A DNA stretch of 64,000 nucleotides from an uncultured Chloroflexia bacterium (GTDB lineage Bacteria > Chloroflexota > Limnocylindria > Limnocylindrales > CSP1-4): contig OY970218.1 in NCBI GenBank assembly GCA_963713975.1, positions 288,001 to 352,000 of the forward strand, read 5' to 3'. Shown in pieces: positions 47,266 through 57,217 of this stretch. Position 1 is the first letter of the stretch, and each line of letters starts with the position of its first letter. Position numbers and translations under genes: made by a program. The notes under the pieces are model-generated. The model did not search any database. It saw only the letters and a program-made list of their open reading frames with translations, and was not told where the DNA came from.

Positions 47266-48831
47266 ATGGGCATCGCCAGACAGCACAGTCCGACGCCCGG
47301 ACACGATCGACCCGCCCGCTGGCTGACCGCCGGCCTGGTCGCAGCCTCGATCCTCGCCGCCACGGTGATGCCGGCCCTCGCCGCCGATCCCGGGGCGACG
47401 CCGGTCCCGGCTGCCCAGGTGAACCCGTTGGACGCCGCAACCCCGACGCCCACGGCGACCCCGTCCGCGTCGCCGACTCCGATGCCGTCGGCATCGCCGA
47501 GCCCGACGGCCACCCCGGATCCCGCCCCCGATCCCACCGCGTCGCCCACGCCCGCGCCGGACCCGACGCCAACCCCCACGCCCGCACCCTGGCCGACCCC
47601 CGAGCTGCCCACGGCCGTGACCACCCTGGACAGCCACGTCACGTTCTACGGCCAGGGCTACGGCCACGGCGTGGGCATGAGCCAGTACGGTGCCAAGGGC
47701 CGCGCGGAGGCCGGCCAGACCGCGGAGCAGATCCTGGCCGCCTACTTCGAAGGCTCCACCCTGTCCACGGTCACACCGACGCGCGCCGTCCGGGCCCTGG
47801 TGCTGTCCGGCTTCGCGGCCCCGGCGCCATCGTCACCGCTGGTCATCCGCGGCCGCTACGGCCGGTGGGGGCTGTCCGGCACCGACAAGACGTTTCCCGC
47901 CGGCGCACGGCTCAAGGTCTGGCGGACCACGACGACGGTCGATGGGGCCAGGAAGACCACCTGGAAGGCAAAGGTCTACACGAGCAACAACAAGACCCTC
48001 CTGTACGCAGCGACCCTCACCGGCAAGCCGGTCGTGCGACCGCTGTCGGCCGCGACGCGCCTGAAGGCCGTCTCGCGGCCCGGTTCCTACGACACGTACC
48101 GGGGCACGCTCACGCTGCTCCTCGGCGCCAGCACGGCGAGCGTGGTCAACACGCTGGGCCTGGATGACTACCTCCGGGGCGTGGTGCCCGTGGAGATGCC
48201 ATCAAGCTGGCCGATCGAGGCGCTGCGGGCGCAGGCGATCGCCGCCCGGAGCTATGCCGTCAAGGAGCTCAACCCGGACACCGGCAACTACGATGTCTTC
48301 GACGACACGCGGTCGCAGGTCTATCGGGGCGTCAAGGCGGAGCGATCCGTGAGCGATGCGATCATCGCCGCCGAGCCGGGCGCGGTCCTGCGCTACGGGA
48401 CCAAGGTGCTGAAGGCCTTCTTCCACTCCACTGGTGGCGGGGCGACGGAGAACAACGAGTACGCCTTCGTGGGCTCGAGTGGCAATCCGGGCACGAAGGT
48501 GGGCTACCTGCGAGGGATCGCGGATCGCGCGGCGGACGGTGTTCCGTATGACGCCGCCGCACCCTACTACCGCTGGTCCACGAGCAGCCTGACCCGCGCA
48601 CAGCTCTCTGCGATGCTCGCCAGGGACAGCCGGACGAAGGTGGGCGACGTGACGCGGCTCGACCTGCGGAGGCGCGGCGTCTCGGGTCGGCTGTACCAGG
48701 TGGTGCTGTACGGCTCGTCGGGGACAAAGACCGTCTCGGCCGACGTCTTCCGATACGTCTACAACGCGTACCGGCCGTCGGGCACGGCGATGCTCCGCAG
48801 CAACCTGTTCACGACCACGCCGCTCCCCTGA
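47266..48831 (+). CDS. SpoIID/LytB-domain lytic transglycosylase-like protein, secreted, with Pro/Thr linker
   Basis: GQGYGHGVGMSQYGA, YLRGVVPVEMP, ALRAQAIAARSY, DDTRSQVY, FHSTGGG. Confidence 0.9.
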   Translation: MGIARQHSPTPGHDRPARWLTAGLVAASILAATVMPALAADPGATPVPAAQVNPLDAATPTPTATPSASPTPMPSASPSPTATPDPAPDPTASPTPAPDPTPTPTPAPWPTPELPTAVTTLDSHVTFYGQGYGHGVGMSQYGAKGRAEAGQTAEQILAAYFEGSTLSTVTPTRAVRALVLSGFAAPAPSSPLVIRGRYGRWGLSGTDKTFPAGARLKVWRTTTTVDGARKTTWKAKVYTSNNKTLLYAATLTGKPVVRPLSAATRLKAVSRPGSYDTYRGTLTLLLGASTASVVNTLGLDDYLRGVVPVEMPSSWPIEALRAQAIAARSYAVKELNPDTGNYDVFDDTRSQVYRGVKAERSVSDAIIAAEPGAVLRYGTKVLKAFFHSTGGGATENNEYAFVGSSGNPGTKVGYLRGIADRAADGVPYDAAAPYYRWSTSSLTRAQLSAMLARDSRTKVGDVTRLDLRRRGVSGRLYQVVLYGSSGTKTVSADVFRYVYNAYRPSGTAMLRSNLFTTTPLP

Positions 48832-48885
48832 CGGCTGCGTCCGGGCGTTCGGCAGACGTTCCCCAGGCGCTCGCCGTCCGGCGCC

Positions 48886-49752
48886 TCAGAGCTCGCGTCT
48901 ACGGAACATGGCGATCCCACCCAGCAGGACCAGCAGGACCCAGGCCACGGCCCAGGCCATGAACGCGGCCGGCGGCGGCGCGTCTGCGAAGAACGGGTTG
49001 GCGCGCATGGCCTCGACGTCGCGGCTGGCCGCCATCAGCAGCACCACCGGTGGCTCGAGTCCGTAGATCACACCGCGCCACAGGCCGTCCGTGGGGATCA
49101 GCACCCGGGCCGCGTCGCCAACGCCGGCCAGCGGCGCCGCCCCGAAGGCAACGGCGACATTGCCCAGGACGCCGGCGAACCAGCCGAGACCGAACACGAC
49201 GACGGTGATCGCCCCGGCGGCGATCGCCGGCAGGCGCGTGCCGAGCGCGAGGGCCAGCGTCATCACCACCACTGCCTCGAGGGCCAGGTACCCGACGGCC
49301 ACCAGTGGCGCAGGCGGAAGGTGGCCGCTGACGAGGGCCACCGCACCGATGGCAAGCAGCCCCGACAGGACCGCGTACCCGGAGACGACGACCGCCAGCC
49401 CGAGCCAGCGCCCGATCACGAGATCCGACCGCCGCATGGGGCGCGCCAGCATCGCGTGGACCGTGCCGGTCTCCACGTCCGATGCGATCGCGGGTGCGGC
49501 CAGGAACGCGGCCGACATCGCGAGCACGAAGCTGAACATGAAGGCGATCATGATCAGGACCTGGCTCACACCGATCCGGATCTCGAGCTCCTCGACATGC
49601 TCCATGCGGGCCGTCGCGACCAGCCGGTCCACCCCCCAGCCCACCAGGATGACGCTCCCCACCGACAGGGCCAGGAGGACCCACAGGATCCGGCGGCGGG
49701 CGATCTCGCGCAGGGTCAGGCCGGCGATCGCAAGGACCAGGCGCGCGCTCAC
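48886..49752 (-). CDS. ABC-2 transporter permease
   Basis: LTLREIARRR, DVETGT...LARPMRRSDLVIGRWLG, FRRREL; GTG 49752. Confidence 0.88.
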   Translation of the reverse strand: MSARLVLAIAGLTLREIARRRILWVLLALSVGSVILVGWGVDRLVATARMEHVEELEIRIGVSQVLIMIAFMFSFVLAMSAAFLAAPAIASDVETGTVHAMLARPMRRSDLVIGRWLGLAVVVSGYAVLSGLLAIGAVALVSGHLPPAPLVAVGYLALEAVVVMTLALALGTRLPAIAAGAITVVVFGLGWFAGVLGNVAVAFGAAPLAGVGDAARVLIPTDGLWRGVIYGLEPPVVLLMAASRDVEAMRANPFFADAPPPAAFMAWAVAWVLLVLLGGIAMFRRREL

Positions 49753-50681
49753 CCGTGGGTCTCCCCGGGCCCGCCCGGCGCGGCCACACCACGGACAAGC
49801 CCCAGGAACAGGTCCTCGAGCGAGCGGCGTGCCGGGTCCACCGCGTGGACCCGGCCTCCCGCGACGACGACGGCTGCCACGATGTCCGGTATCCGATCGG
49901 GATCCACCGGGCGGACGACCCGCCACTCTCCTTCGATGGTCACGTGGCCAAAGGTGTCCAGTGTCGAGTCACCAGGGGCGAGGCCGGTGACACGCAGGCG
50001 GACCGCCTGCTCGCCCAGCAGGTCGCCCAGGGACCCGGCAGCTACCACCCTCCCGTGGTTGATGATTGCGACGCGGTCACACAGCCGTTCCACCTCGCCA
50101 AGGAGGTGCGAGTTCAGCAGCACCGCGGATCCCCGCTCGCGCGCACCTCGGATGATCGAGCGCACGTCCTCACGCCCGAGCGGGTCGAGCGCCGACGTGG
50201 GCTCGTCCAGGATCACCAGCGCTGGGTCACCGAGCAGCGCCGTGGCGAGGCCGAGCCGCTGCTGCATGCCCTTGGAAAAGCCGCCGATCCGCTCCCGGTC
50301 GCGGTCCGCCAGCCCGACGAGGTCGAGCACGCGGTCAACCTCCGGCCGCCGGCCGGCTGCGGGCAACCCGGCGAGGTGCGCGTGCAGTCCAAGCACCTCG
50401 CGGGCCGTGAGCCACGGCTGGTAGCGGAACAGCTCCGGGAGGTAGCCGATCCGTCGCCGCGCCTCGCGGTCGCCAACCGGCCGGTCCAGCACGGTGCCCC
50501 CGCCACCCGTGGGGCGCGTCAGCCCGAGGAGCAGCTTGACGGCCGTCGTCTTGCCCGCGCCGTTGGGGCCCAGGAAGCCGAAGACCTCGCCGGCCTCCAC
50601 CCGCAGGTCGAGCGCCTCGAGCGCGACGGTGCTGCCATAGGTCTTGCGCAGGCCCCGGGTCTCGACGGCGGGGGAGGTCAT
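49749..50681 (-). CDS. ABC transporter ATP-binding protein
   Basis: GPNGAGKTT, FSKGMQQR, LDEPTSALDP, NSHLL. Confidence 0.92.
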   Translation of the reverse strand: MTSPAVETRGLRKTYGSTVALEALDLRVEAGEVFGFLGPNGAGKTTAVKLLLGLTRPTGGGGTVLDRPVGDREARRRIGYLPELFRYQPWLTAREVLGLHAHLAGLPAAGRRPEVDRVLDLVGLADRDRERIGGFSKGMQQRLGLATALLGDPALVILDEPTSALDPLGREDVRSIIRGARERGSAVLLNSHLLGEVERLCDRVAIINHGRVVAAGSLGDLLGEQAVRLRVTGLAPGDSTLDTFGHVTIEGEWRVVRPVDPDRIPDIVAAVVVAGGRVHAVDPARRSLEDLFLGLVRGVAAPGGPGETHG

Positions 50682-50807
50682 GCCTGCATTCTCGGGCCGA
50701 TGGCGGGATCCGTCATCCGGCGTGACAGGCTAGATGGCACAGACGGGCTGGAGGATCGGCGCATGAGGAACGCGCTCCCGCTCCCACGCCACCAGGAGAT
50801 CGGCCCG

Positions 50808-50948
50808 ATGCTGTTCACGGACTGCCCGCTGTGTGACCAGCCGGCCTCCGTCGACGAATCCTCGGGTGTCGTCGAATGTCCCGCCTGCGCCGTGCGCCTG
50901 GAGATCGCCGAGGAGCGGGAGGTGATGACGCTGGCCGCGGCTGCCTGA
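50808..50948 (+). CDS. Small zinc-ribbon protein (46 aa)
   Basis: AGGAG SD before ATG 50808; CPLC...CPAC; ends LAAAA. Confidence 0.7.
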   Translation: MLFTDCPLCDQPASVDESSGVVECPACAVRLEIAEEREVMTLAAAA

Positions 50949-50962
50949 CCGCCTGGGCGGGA

Positions 50963-52033
50963 TCAGCCCTCGACCAGCCAGCACGCTGCCCGGTGGCCAT
51001 CCCCAACGTCGAACAGCGGGGGCTCCTCGACCTTGCATCGGTCGAAGGCGACGGGACACCGCGGGTGGAACCGGCATCCGGTCGGGATGTGCGCGGCATC
51101 CGGCGTCTCTCCCTGCAGGATGGTCCGCGCGGCTCGCGTTCCCTCCTCCGGCGGATCCGGCGACGGGCTCACCGAGACGAGCGCCTGCGTGTACGGGTTG
51201 CGCGGATGCTTGATGACCTGTTCCGCGGGTCCGATCTCCAGGATGCGGCCCAGGTACATGACCGCGATCCGGTCGGCCAGCACCCAGGCCACGGACAGGT
51301 CGTGGGTGATGAACAGGTAGGCCAGTCCCCGCTCGCTCCGGAGGTCGAGCATCAGGCGCAGGAGCTCCGTGCGGATCGAGACATCCAGCATGGAGACCGG
51401 CTCGTCGGCGACCACGAGGTCGGGGTTCATCACCAGCGCCCCGGCGATCACCACGCGCTGCCGCTGGCCGCCGGACAGCTCGTGGGGGAAGCGGCTGGCG
51501 AAGTCGGCCGCCGGGCGCAGGCCCGCAGTCTCGAGCGCGGCCAGGACCCGCTCGTCGCGGTCCTGGCGCGAGGTCCCGATCCCGTTGACCTCCAGCGGCT
51601 CGCGCACGAACTCGCCGATCGAGTGCTTGGGATTGAGGGTCTCGTAGGGGTCCTGGAAGATCAGCTGGACGCGACGCCGGTAGCCCTTCAGCTTGCTCGA
51701 GCCCCACAGGTCGGTGACGTCGTCGCCATCGAACACCACCCGTCCGCCGGTCTGCTGGGTGAGCTTGACGACCACGCGGCCCGTGGTCGTCTTGCCGGAG
51801 CCGGACTCTCCCACGAGGCCCACGATCTCGCCCTTGTTGATCGTCAGGTCGATCCCGTCCACCGCTCGCACGAAGCCACGCGGGCGCCTCCGGATCTGGT
51901 CGAGCAGACCGCCCCGGACCGGGAAGAAGACCTCAAGGCCCTCGAGCCGCAGCAACTCCTGGTCCGGCTTCGCGTCCGACGCCGCTGTCGCCGAGGCAGG
52001 CTCGACGCCGGGAGTGGGCCGGTCATCGGTCAT
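50963..52033 (-). CDS. Oligopeptide/dipeptide ABC ATP-binding protein (OppF-like)
   Basis: GESGSGKTT, IFQDPY, ELSGGQRQR, ADEPVSMLD, GCRFHPRC. Confidence 0.92.
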   Translation of the reverse strand: MTDDRPTPGVEPASATAASDAKPDQELLRLEGLEVFFPVRGGLLDQIRRRPRGFVRAVDGIDLTINKGEIVGLVGESGSGKTTTGRVVVKLTQQTGGRVVFDGDDVTDLWGSSKLKGYRRRVQLIFQDPYETLNPKHSIGEFVREPLEVNGIGTSRQDRDERVLAALETAGLRPAADFASRFPHELSGGQRQRVVIAGALVMNPDLVVADEPVSMLDVSIRTELLRLMLDLRSERGLAYLFITHDLSVAWVLADRIAVMYLGRILEIGPAEQVIKHPRNPYTQALVSVSPSPDPPEEGTRAARTILQGETPDAAHIPTGCRFHPRCPVAFDRCKVEEPPLFDVGDGHRAACWLVEG

Positions 52034-53148
52034 GCCGCGGACTCGCCCGCCGGTGTGGCGCCATCCGACACCGGCTCCTCGCCGGCCGCTGATCCCGTGG
52101 CGCCGGAACCGGCCATCGGTGCATCCGAATCGGGGTACAGATGGCACGCGACCCGGACGCCATCCGCGAACGTCACCTCGGGGGGGACGACCTCGGTGCA
52201 GACCGGCATCGCGAACGAGCAGCGTGGCGCGAAGCGGCACCCGGAGGGCGGGTTACGCAGGTCGGGCGGCATCCCCGGGATGACGTCCAGGGTTCGCCGG
52301 TCGGTCTCGATGTTCGGGAACGAAGCCAGCAGCTTCTGGGTGTACGGGTGCCGCGGCGCGGTGAACAGCTTCCGTGCAGACCCTTCCTCAGCGACGCGGC
52401 CCGCGTACATGATCATCGCCCGATCACAGGTCTCCGCAATCACCGAGAGGTCGTGCGTGATCAGGATCAGGGACAGCCCCAGGTCACGTCTGAGCTGCTC
52501 TAGGAGCTGCAGAATCTGGGCCTGGACCATCACATCCAGCGCGGTCGTGGGCTCGTCTCCGATCACGATCGCGGGATCGCAGGCGAGGGACATCGCGATG
52601 ATCGCCCGCTGCCGCATGCCGCCCGAGAGCTCGTGCGGGTAGGCGTCGGCACGCTGCTTCGGAATGCCCACCAGCTCCAGCAGCTCGCCGGCCCGCTTGC
52701 GGGACGATTCGCGCGGCTGGCCCAGGCGGATCTCGATGGGCTCAGCGATCTGGTCGCCGATCCGTTGCACCGGATTGAGCGCGTTCATCGCACCCTGGAA
52801 CACCATCGAGATCTCGCGCCAGCGGTAGCGGGCGATCTGGCGCTCGGTCTTGGGCACGAGGTCGATTCCGAACAGCTCGACCTTGCCGCGCTTGATGTAC
52901 CCGTTGGCCGGCAGGAGGTGGACCAGTGACAGGGCGGTGGTCGTCTTGCCGCAGCCGGATTCGCCCGCGATGCCCAGTGCCTCGCCGTCATCGAGCCCGA
53001 AGCTGACCCCGTCCACGGCCTTGACGCTGCCGTTGGGCATCCGGAAGCGGACGGCGAGGTCGTCGACGCGCAGGAGCGGTGCCTTGGGATCGGCCTGCTT
53101 GGGCAGCGGCCATCGACGCTGTCCCCGGATGTCCGGATTCACCGTCAT
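52030..53148 (-). CDS. Oligopeptide/dipeptide ABC ATP-binding protein (OppD-like)
   Basis: GESGCGKTT, ELSGGMRQR, DEPTTALD, GCRFAPRC. Confidence 0.92.
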   Translation of the reverse strand: MTVNPDIRGQRRWPLPKQADPKAPLLRVDDLAVRFRMPNGSVKAVDGVSFGLDDGEALGIAGESGCGKTTTALSLVHLLPANGYIKRGKVELFGIDLVPKTERQIARYRWREISMVFQGAMNALNPVQRIGDQIAEPIEIRLGQPRESSRKRAGELLELVGIPKQRADAYPHELSGGMRQRAIIAMSLACDPAIVIGDEPTTALDVMVQAQILQLLEQLRRDLGLSLILITHDLSVIAETCDRAMIMYAGRVAEEGSARKLFTAPRHPYTQKLLASFPNIETDRRTLDVIPGMPPDLRNPPSGCRFAPRCSFAMPVCTEVVPPEVTFADGVRVACHLYPDSDAPMAGSGATGSAAGEEPVSDGATPAGESAA

Positions 53149-54098
53149 CGCCGGATCCCCGACTTCGGATTGAGGATGTCGTCCAGCGCGTTGCCGACGA
53201 GCGTGAACGCCAACACCACCAGGACCACACAGACCGCGGGCGGGGCGATGTACCACCAGGCCCCCAGACCGGGGGCGCCGGCGCCCTGGGCCGAGTTCAG
53301 GATCTGGCCCCACGAGGGGGCAAACGGATCGCCGAGGCCGATGAACGCGAGTGTCGTCTCGGTGAACACGGCGACCGCGAAGGTGAGGACCGCCTGCGCG
53401 ACGATCAGGTTGACGACGTTGGGCAGCACGTGGCGGCGCATGATCCGGCCCGGTCCCGACCCCACGACACGGGCACGGTCGACGAACATCCGCATCCGGA
53501 TCGAGAGCACCTGGGAGCGGATGACCCGGGCTGTCGTCGCCCAGCTGGTCATGCCGATGACGATGACGATGACGAGCATCGTCGCCCGGATCCCGAACAG
53601 CTCGGCGTCGGCCCCGACGATGTCGAGGATGACCGGGGCCAGGATGATCGCGAGGACGATGGTCGGGAGCACCAGGAAGAAGTCGGAGATCCGCATCAGG
53701 ACCAGGTCGGTCCTGCCGCCGACATAGCCCGCGACGATCCCCACGACCGCCCCGAGGAAGACGGTGATGAGCGTCGCCATGAGCCCGATCGTCATGGAGA
53801 TCCGGGCGCCGTGGACGGTCATGTTGAGCAGGTCCCGGCCGAGCTCGTCGGTGCCGAACGGGTAGCCGCCACCGGGTGGCTGGAGCGACTGGCCCGTCGC
53901 CGTGGTCACCGTCTGCAGCTTGCCAACGAACAGCTCCGGGAACAATGCGAGCACGGCGAACATGACGAGGATCGCCAGCCCGAACCGGCCGTCGTTGCGG
54001 GACAGGAACTGGCCGGCGAACTCGCGCGCGCGCCCGATGGACCGGTGACGCGGCACCGGGGCGGCAGCGGCGGGCGCCGGCGCGGTCGCGGTCGTCAT
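53145..54098 (-). CDS. Oligopeptide/dipeptide ABC permease (OppC-like)
   Basis: FGTDELGRD, GARIS, RHVLPN, SWGQIL, GNALDD. Confidence 0.92.
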   Translation of the reverse strand: MTTATAPAPAAAAPVPRHRSIGRAREFAGQFLSRNDGRFGLAILVMFAVLALFPELFVGKLQTVTTATGQSLQPPGGGYPFGTDELGRDLLNMTVHGARISMTIGLMATLITVFLGAVVGIVAGYVGGRTDLVLMRISDFFLVLPTIVLAIILAPVILDIVGADAELFGIRATMLVIVIVIGMTSWATTARVIRSQVLSIRMRMFVDRARVVGSGPGRIMRRHVLPNVVNLIVAQAVLTFAVAVFTETTLAFIGLGDPFAPSWGQILNSAQGAGAPGLGAWWYIAPPAVCVVLVVLAFTLVGNALDDILNPKSGIRR

Positions 54099-55066
54099 AC
54101 CCGTACCCGTGGGTCGAGGAACCCGTACACGATGTCGGCGATCAGGTTGGCGATGACGACCGACACGGCGACCAGCAGGAAGATGCCCTGGAGCACCGGG
54201 TAGTCACGCGCGCTCAGGGCCTGGATCGTGAGGGTGCCCAGTCCCGGCCAGTTGAACACGATCTCGGCCGTGATCGCGCCGGCGACAACGTAGCCGAGGT
54301 TGATCGCGATCAGCGTCACCATGGGCAGCAGCGCGTTGGGGAAGGCGTGGTGGCGCATCACGTAGCCATCCTTCAGGCCCTTTGCCCGGGCCGTGGTGAC
54401 ATAGTCCTCGTTGCGGATGTCGATGATGGACGAGCGCATGAGGATCGAGTAACCGCCCAGGAGGCCGAGGCTCACCGCGAGGAGCGGCAGGACGAGATGC
54501 CGGCCCAGGTCCCAGGCCTGGTTCACCAACGACTGGTCCGACATTCCGGGCGTGGTCATGCCCGAGGTCGGGAACCAGCCGAGCCCGGCGGCGAAGACGA
54601 TGATCAGCGGCATGCCGATCACGAAGTACGGCATCGAGTACAGGACCAGGCTGGCGCCGGTGCCGATCGAATCCACCTTTCCACCCCGCCGCCAGCCGGC
54701 ATAGGCGCCGATGGTCAGGCCGCCGAAGATCGCGACCGCCTCGGCCAGGCCGACCAGCAGGATCGTCGGACCCACCTTGGCCGCGAGCACCTCGGTGACC
54801 GGCTGCCCCCGATAGAAGATCGAGTAGCCGAGGTCCCCGGACACCGTGGCCCCCAGGTAGGACACGAGCTGATCGGGGAGGAGCGGCTTGTCGAGCCCCC
54901 AGCGGGCGCGGGTGGCCGCGATCGTCTCGGGCGTGAGGTTGGGGTTCTTGATGACGCGGTCGGGCGATCCCGGCATCATCCGGAACATCAGGAAGTTGAG
55001 GATCAGGATCGCGACGATCGTCACGAACGCCTGGGCCAGCTTGCGGGCGAGGTAGTGGGCGCTCAT
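54095..55066 (-). CDS. Oligopeptide/dipeptide ABC permease (OppB-like)
   Basis: GDLGYS, EDYVTTARAKG, HAFPNALLP, RDYPVLQG, LDPRVR. Confidence 0.92.
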   Translation of the reverse strand: MSAHYLARKLAQAFVTIVAILILNFLMFRMMPGSPDRVIKNPNLTPETIAATRARWGLDKPLLPDQLVSYLGATVSGDLGYSIFYRGQPVTEVLAAKVGPTILLVGLAEAVAIFGGLTIGAYAGWRRGGKVDSIGTGASLVLYSMPYFVIGMPLIIVFAAGLGWFPTSGMTTPGMSDQSLVNQAWDLGRHLVLPLLAVSLGLLGGYSILMRSSIIDIRNEDYVTTARAKGLKDGYVMRHHAFPNALLPMVTLIAINLGYVVAGAITAEIVFNWPGLGTLTIQALSARDYPVLQGIFLLVAVSVVIANLIADIVYGFLDPRVRV

Positions 55067-55081
55067 GGACGCGCGCTCAGC

Positions 55082-55135
55082 CGGGCATGCGGTAGGGGCC
55101 GCCGAAGGCGACCCCTACTCCGTGGTGCATGCCCG
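55082..55135 (-). promoter_or_regulatory. Stable intercistronic stem-loop after the binding-protein gene
   Basis: CGGGCATGC/GCATGCCCG outer stem; GTAGGGG/CCCCTAC and CGCC/GGCG inner stems. Confidence 0.6.
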
Positions 55136-55148
55136 TGGTCACGCGGGC

Positions 55149-57056
55149 TTACTCGTCGTCGTCGTCGATCGCAGGCTTCCGGCGACGGCTGAGGATCAGG
55201 CCGCCGATGATCACGATCACGATGACCGCCCCCAGCCCGAGGATGAGCATGGAGCTGGAGTCGCTCCCGGCAGCGCTTCCGCTGTCGGGTGCGGGCGTCG
55301 CCGGCGCGGCCGTGGCACCCGGCTCGACGGGTGCCGCGGTGGTGCCGGGCTCGGTCGGCTCCGGGCTGGCGACGGCGGTGGCGTCCGTGAGGAGGCTGTA
55401 GTTGAGATCGCCGTAGGTGAACAGCGGTGTGCCGTTGTCCGGCATGTTCTGCCAGCCGGCGAACCGATCGGTTCGGTAGGCGTCGAGGTTCGCGTCGTAG
55501 AACAGGACGTCGTACGGCGCCTCGTCGTAGATCAGGTTCTGGATCTGGGCGAGCGTGGCGTGCCGCTCCTCGCCGGCCTGCGTGAGCTGGAGCTCGTACA
55601 GCCTGTCGAACTCCGGGTTGCAGTACTGGCTGTCGGAGGTGCTGCCGATGGCGTCGCAGGTGAAGATCTGGAGCAGCGCGTTGGGATCCGGGTTGCCGGC
55701 CCAGCCCCACAGCTCGATGTCGTACTTGGCCTTGGCGTCGGGCGGCGGGAGGACGAGCTCGCCCAGCGCTGCGCTGGTCAGGACCTGCGCAGACACGACG
55801 ATACCCAGCTGGCTGTACCAGTCCTTCACGAACTCGGCGACCTTCGAGTAGTTGGCATCCGAGTCGGGCGCGTACAGGCGCAGCTTGATCGGGTTGCCTT
55901 CCTTGTCGAGCCGGTTGCCGCTCCCGTCGAGCTTGTACCCAGCGGCGTCGAGCTTCGACTTGGCGAGCTCGATGTCGAACGTCCGCGGCACGTCGGGGGT
56001 GACGTGCCATGCCTCGAGAACCGGCGGGACGATGGTGTCCCCGAGATCGCCGAAGCCGCCCAGGACGCGGTCCACCAGCGCCTGCTTGTCGACCGCGTAG
56101 CCGAGCGCATCACGGAAGGCCGGGTCCAGCAGGGCCTTCGTGGACGGGCCGCCGTCCTTGATCGTCTTGCCGGTGCCGGTCCCGTAGGTGTTGAAGGCGA
56201 GCTGCGTCCAGCCGTTTGCGCTGCCGGCAACGGTCGCGTACTGCGGGTCCGCCTGGAGCTGCTTGAACTGGTCCGCGTTGACGTTGTGCGCATAGTCCAG
56301 CTCGCCGTTCTTGAGCGCCTGGAACATGCCGTCGACGTTGTCGGGGAAGAAGCGGAGGACGACCTCGTCCTGGAAGCCCTGCGGGCCCCAGTAGTTGGGG
56401 TTGCGGACGAACCGCGCGTACTCACCGGTCTTCCACTCCACGAGCTGGTATGCGCCGGTGCCGACGAGCGGCGCCTCGAACTTCTCCTCCGCCATCTGCT
56501 TGTAGTCGATGTCGCCGAAGGTGTGCTTCGGCATGATCGGGATGTACGTCTGGAAGATCCGATCGGACTGGTCGGTTGTGTAGGCGACGAACGTGCTGTC
56601 GTCGGGGCACTCGATCTTGGTGACGCCGCTGTCCACCAGGTTCGGGTCGAGATAGCCGGCACCGATGTTCGTCTCGTCGGCGATGGCCGCCATGGCGAGG
56701 CCCCACGAGAAGCAGACGTCCTGCGACGTCGCAGGCTTCCCGTCGGACCACGTCATCCCGTCCCGGATGTGGTAGGTCACCTTGTCCGGGGAGCGAACCC
56801 AGGTGTCGGCGAAGCCCGGACCGGGCGACGTGTCCTGGGCGAAGTTGGTCAGCAGGTCGTAGGTGAGCTGGAACGCCTCGTAGCCGACGACCAGGTACGT
56901 GTTGAAGGGGTTCGTGGAATCCAGGTCCTGCGTCGTGCCAACGGTGAGGACGACCGGATCGGCAGCGGCAGCCGGCGTCGCGGCCGGGACCAGCAGTGTG
57001 AGCGCGAGCAGTGGCGCAGCGGCCCGCCGCGCAATCGTCCTACGCGCATGGAGCAT
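55149..57056 (-). CDS. Family 5 ABC substrate-binding protein with C-terminal TM anchor
   Basis: Signal peptide (PAAAA/D), DSTNPF, WSDGKP, GTGAY, NPNYWG, FRDAL, YCNPEFD; Pro/Ala/Thr linker, TM, RRRK. Confidence 0.92.
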   Translation of the reverse strand: MLHARRTIARRAAAPLLALTLLVPAATPAAAADPVVLTVGTTQDLDSTNPFNTYLVVGYEAFQLTYDLLTNFAQDTSPGPGFADTWVRSPDKVTYHIRDGMTWSDGKPATSQDVCFSWGLAMAAIADETNIGAGYLDPNLVDSGVTKIECPDDSTFVAYTTDQSDRIFQTYIPIMPKHTFGDIDYKQMAEEKFEAPLVGTGAYQLVEWKTGEYARFVRNPNYWGPQGFQDEVVLRFFPDNVDGMFQALKNGELDYAHNVNADQFKQLQADPQYATVAGSANGWTQLAFNTYGTGTGKTIKDGGPSTKALLDPAFRDALGYAVDKQALVDRVLGGFGDLGDTIVPPVLEAWHVTPDVPRTFDIELAKSKLDAAGYKLDGSGNRLDKEGNPIKLRLYAPDSDANYSKVAEFVKDWYSQLGIVVSAQVLTSAALGELVLPPPDAKAKYDIELWGWAGNPDPNALLQIFTCDAIGSTSDSQYCNPEFDRLYELQLTQAGEERHATLAQIQNLIYDEAPYDVLFYDANLDAYRTDRFAGWQNMPDNGTPLFTYGDLNYSLLTDATAVASPEPTEPGTTAAPVEPGATAAPATPAPDSGSAAGSDSSSMLILGLGAVIVIVIIGGLILSRRRKPAIDDDDE

Positions 57057-57217
57057 CGGGTCTCCTCCTCCTGAGTCACCCCTGCCCCCGCGCAGGGACC
57101 GTCGGCGTCCGCGATTGCGCGCGGTCGACGTCCGGAGCGTTGCACATGGCCCGAAACGTCGCAACTGCCGTCGGATACGGCCCGTACACCGCAACAGGTT
57201 CGCTGCGACGATCCTGA

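Noticed and set aside
47440-47610. Repetitive CCGACG/CCCACG tract resembling a tandem repeat array
   Set aside because: Explained by the Pro/Thr linker codons of the SpoIID protein; no repeat-spacer structure, so not CRISPR
50808-50948. LysW amino-group carrier assignment
   Set aside because: Lacks the C-terminal EDWGE and no lys/arg biosynthesis genes are adjacent
55065-57074. 669-aa plus-strand ORF
   Set aside because: Antisense shadow of the substrate-binding protein gene
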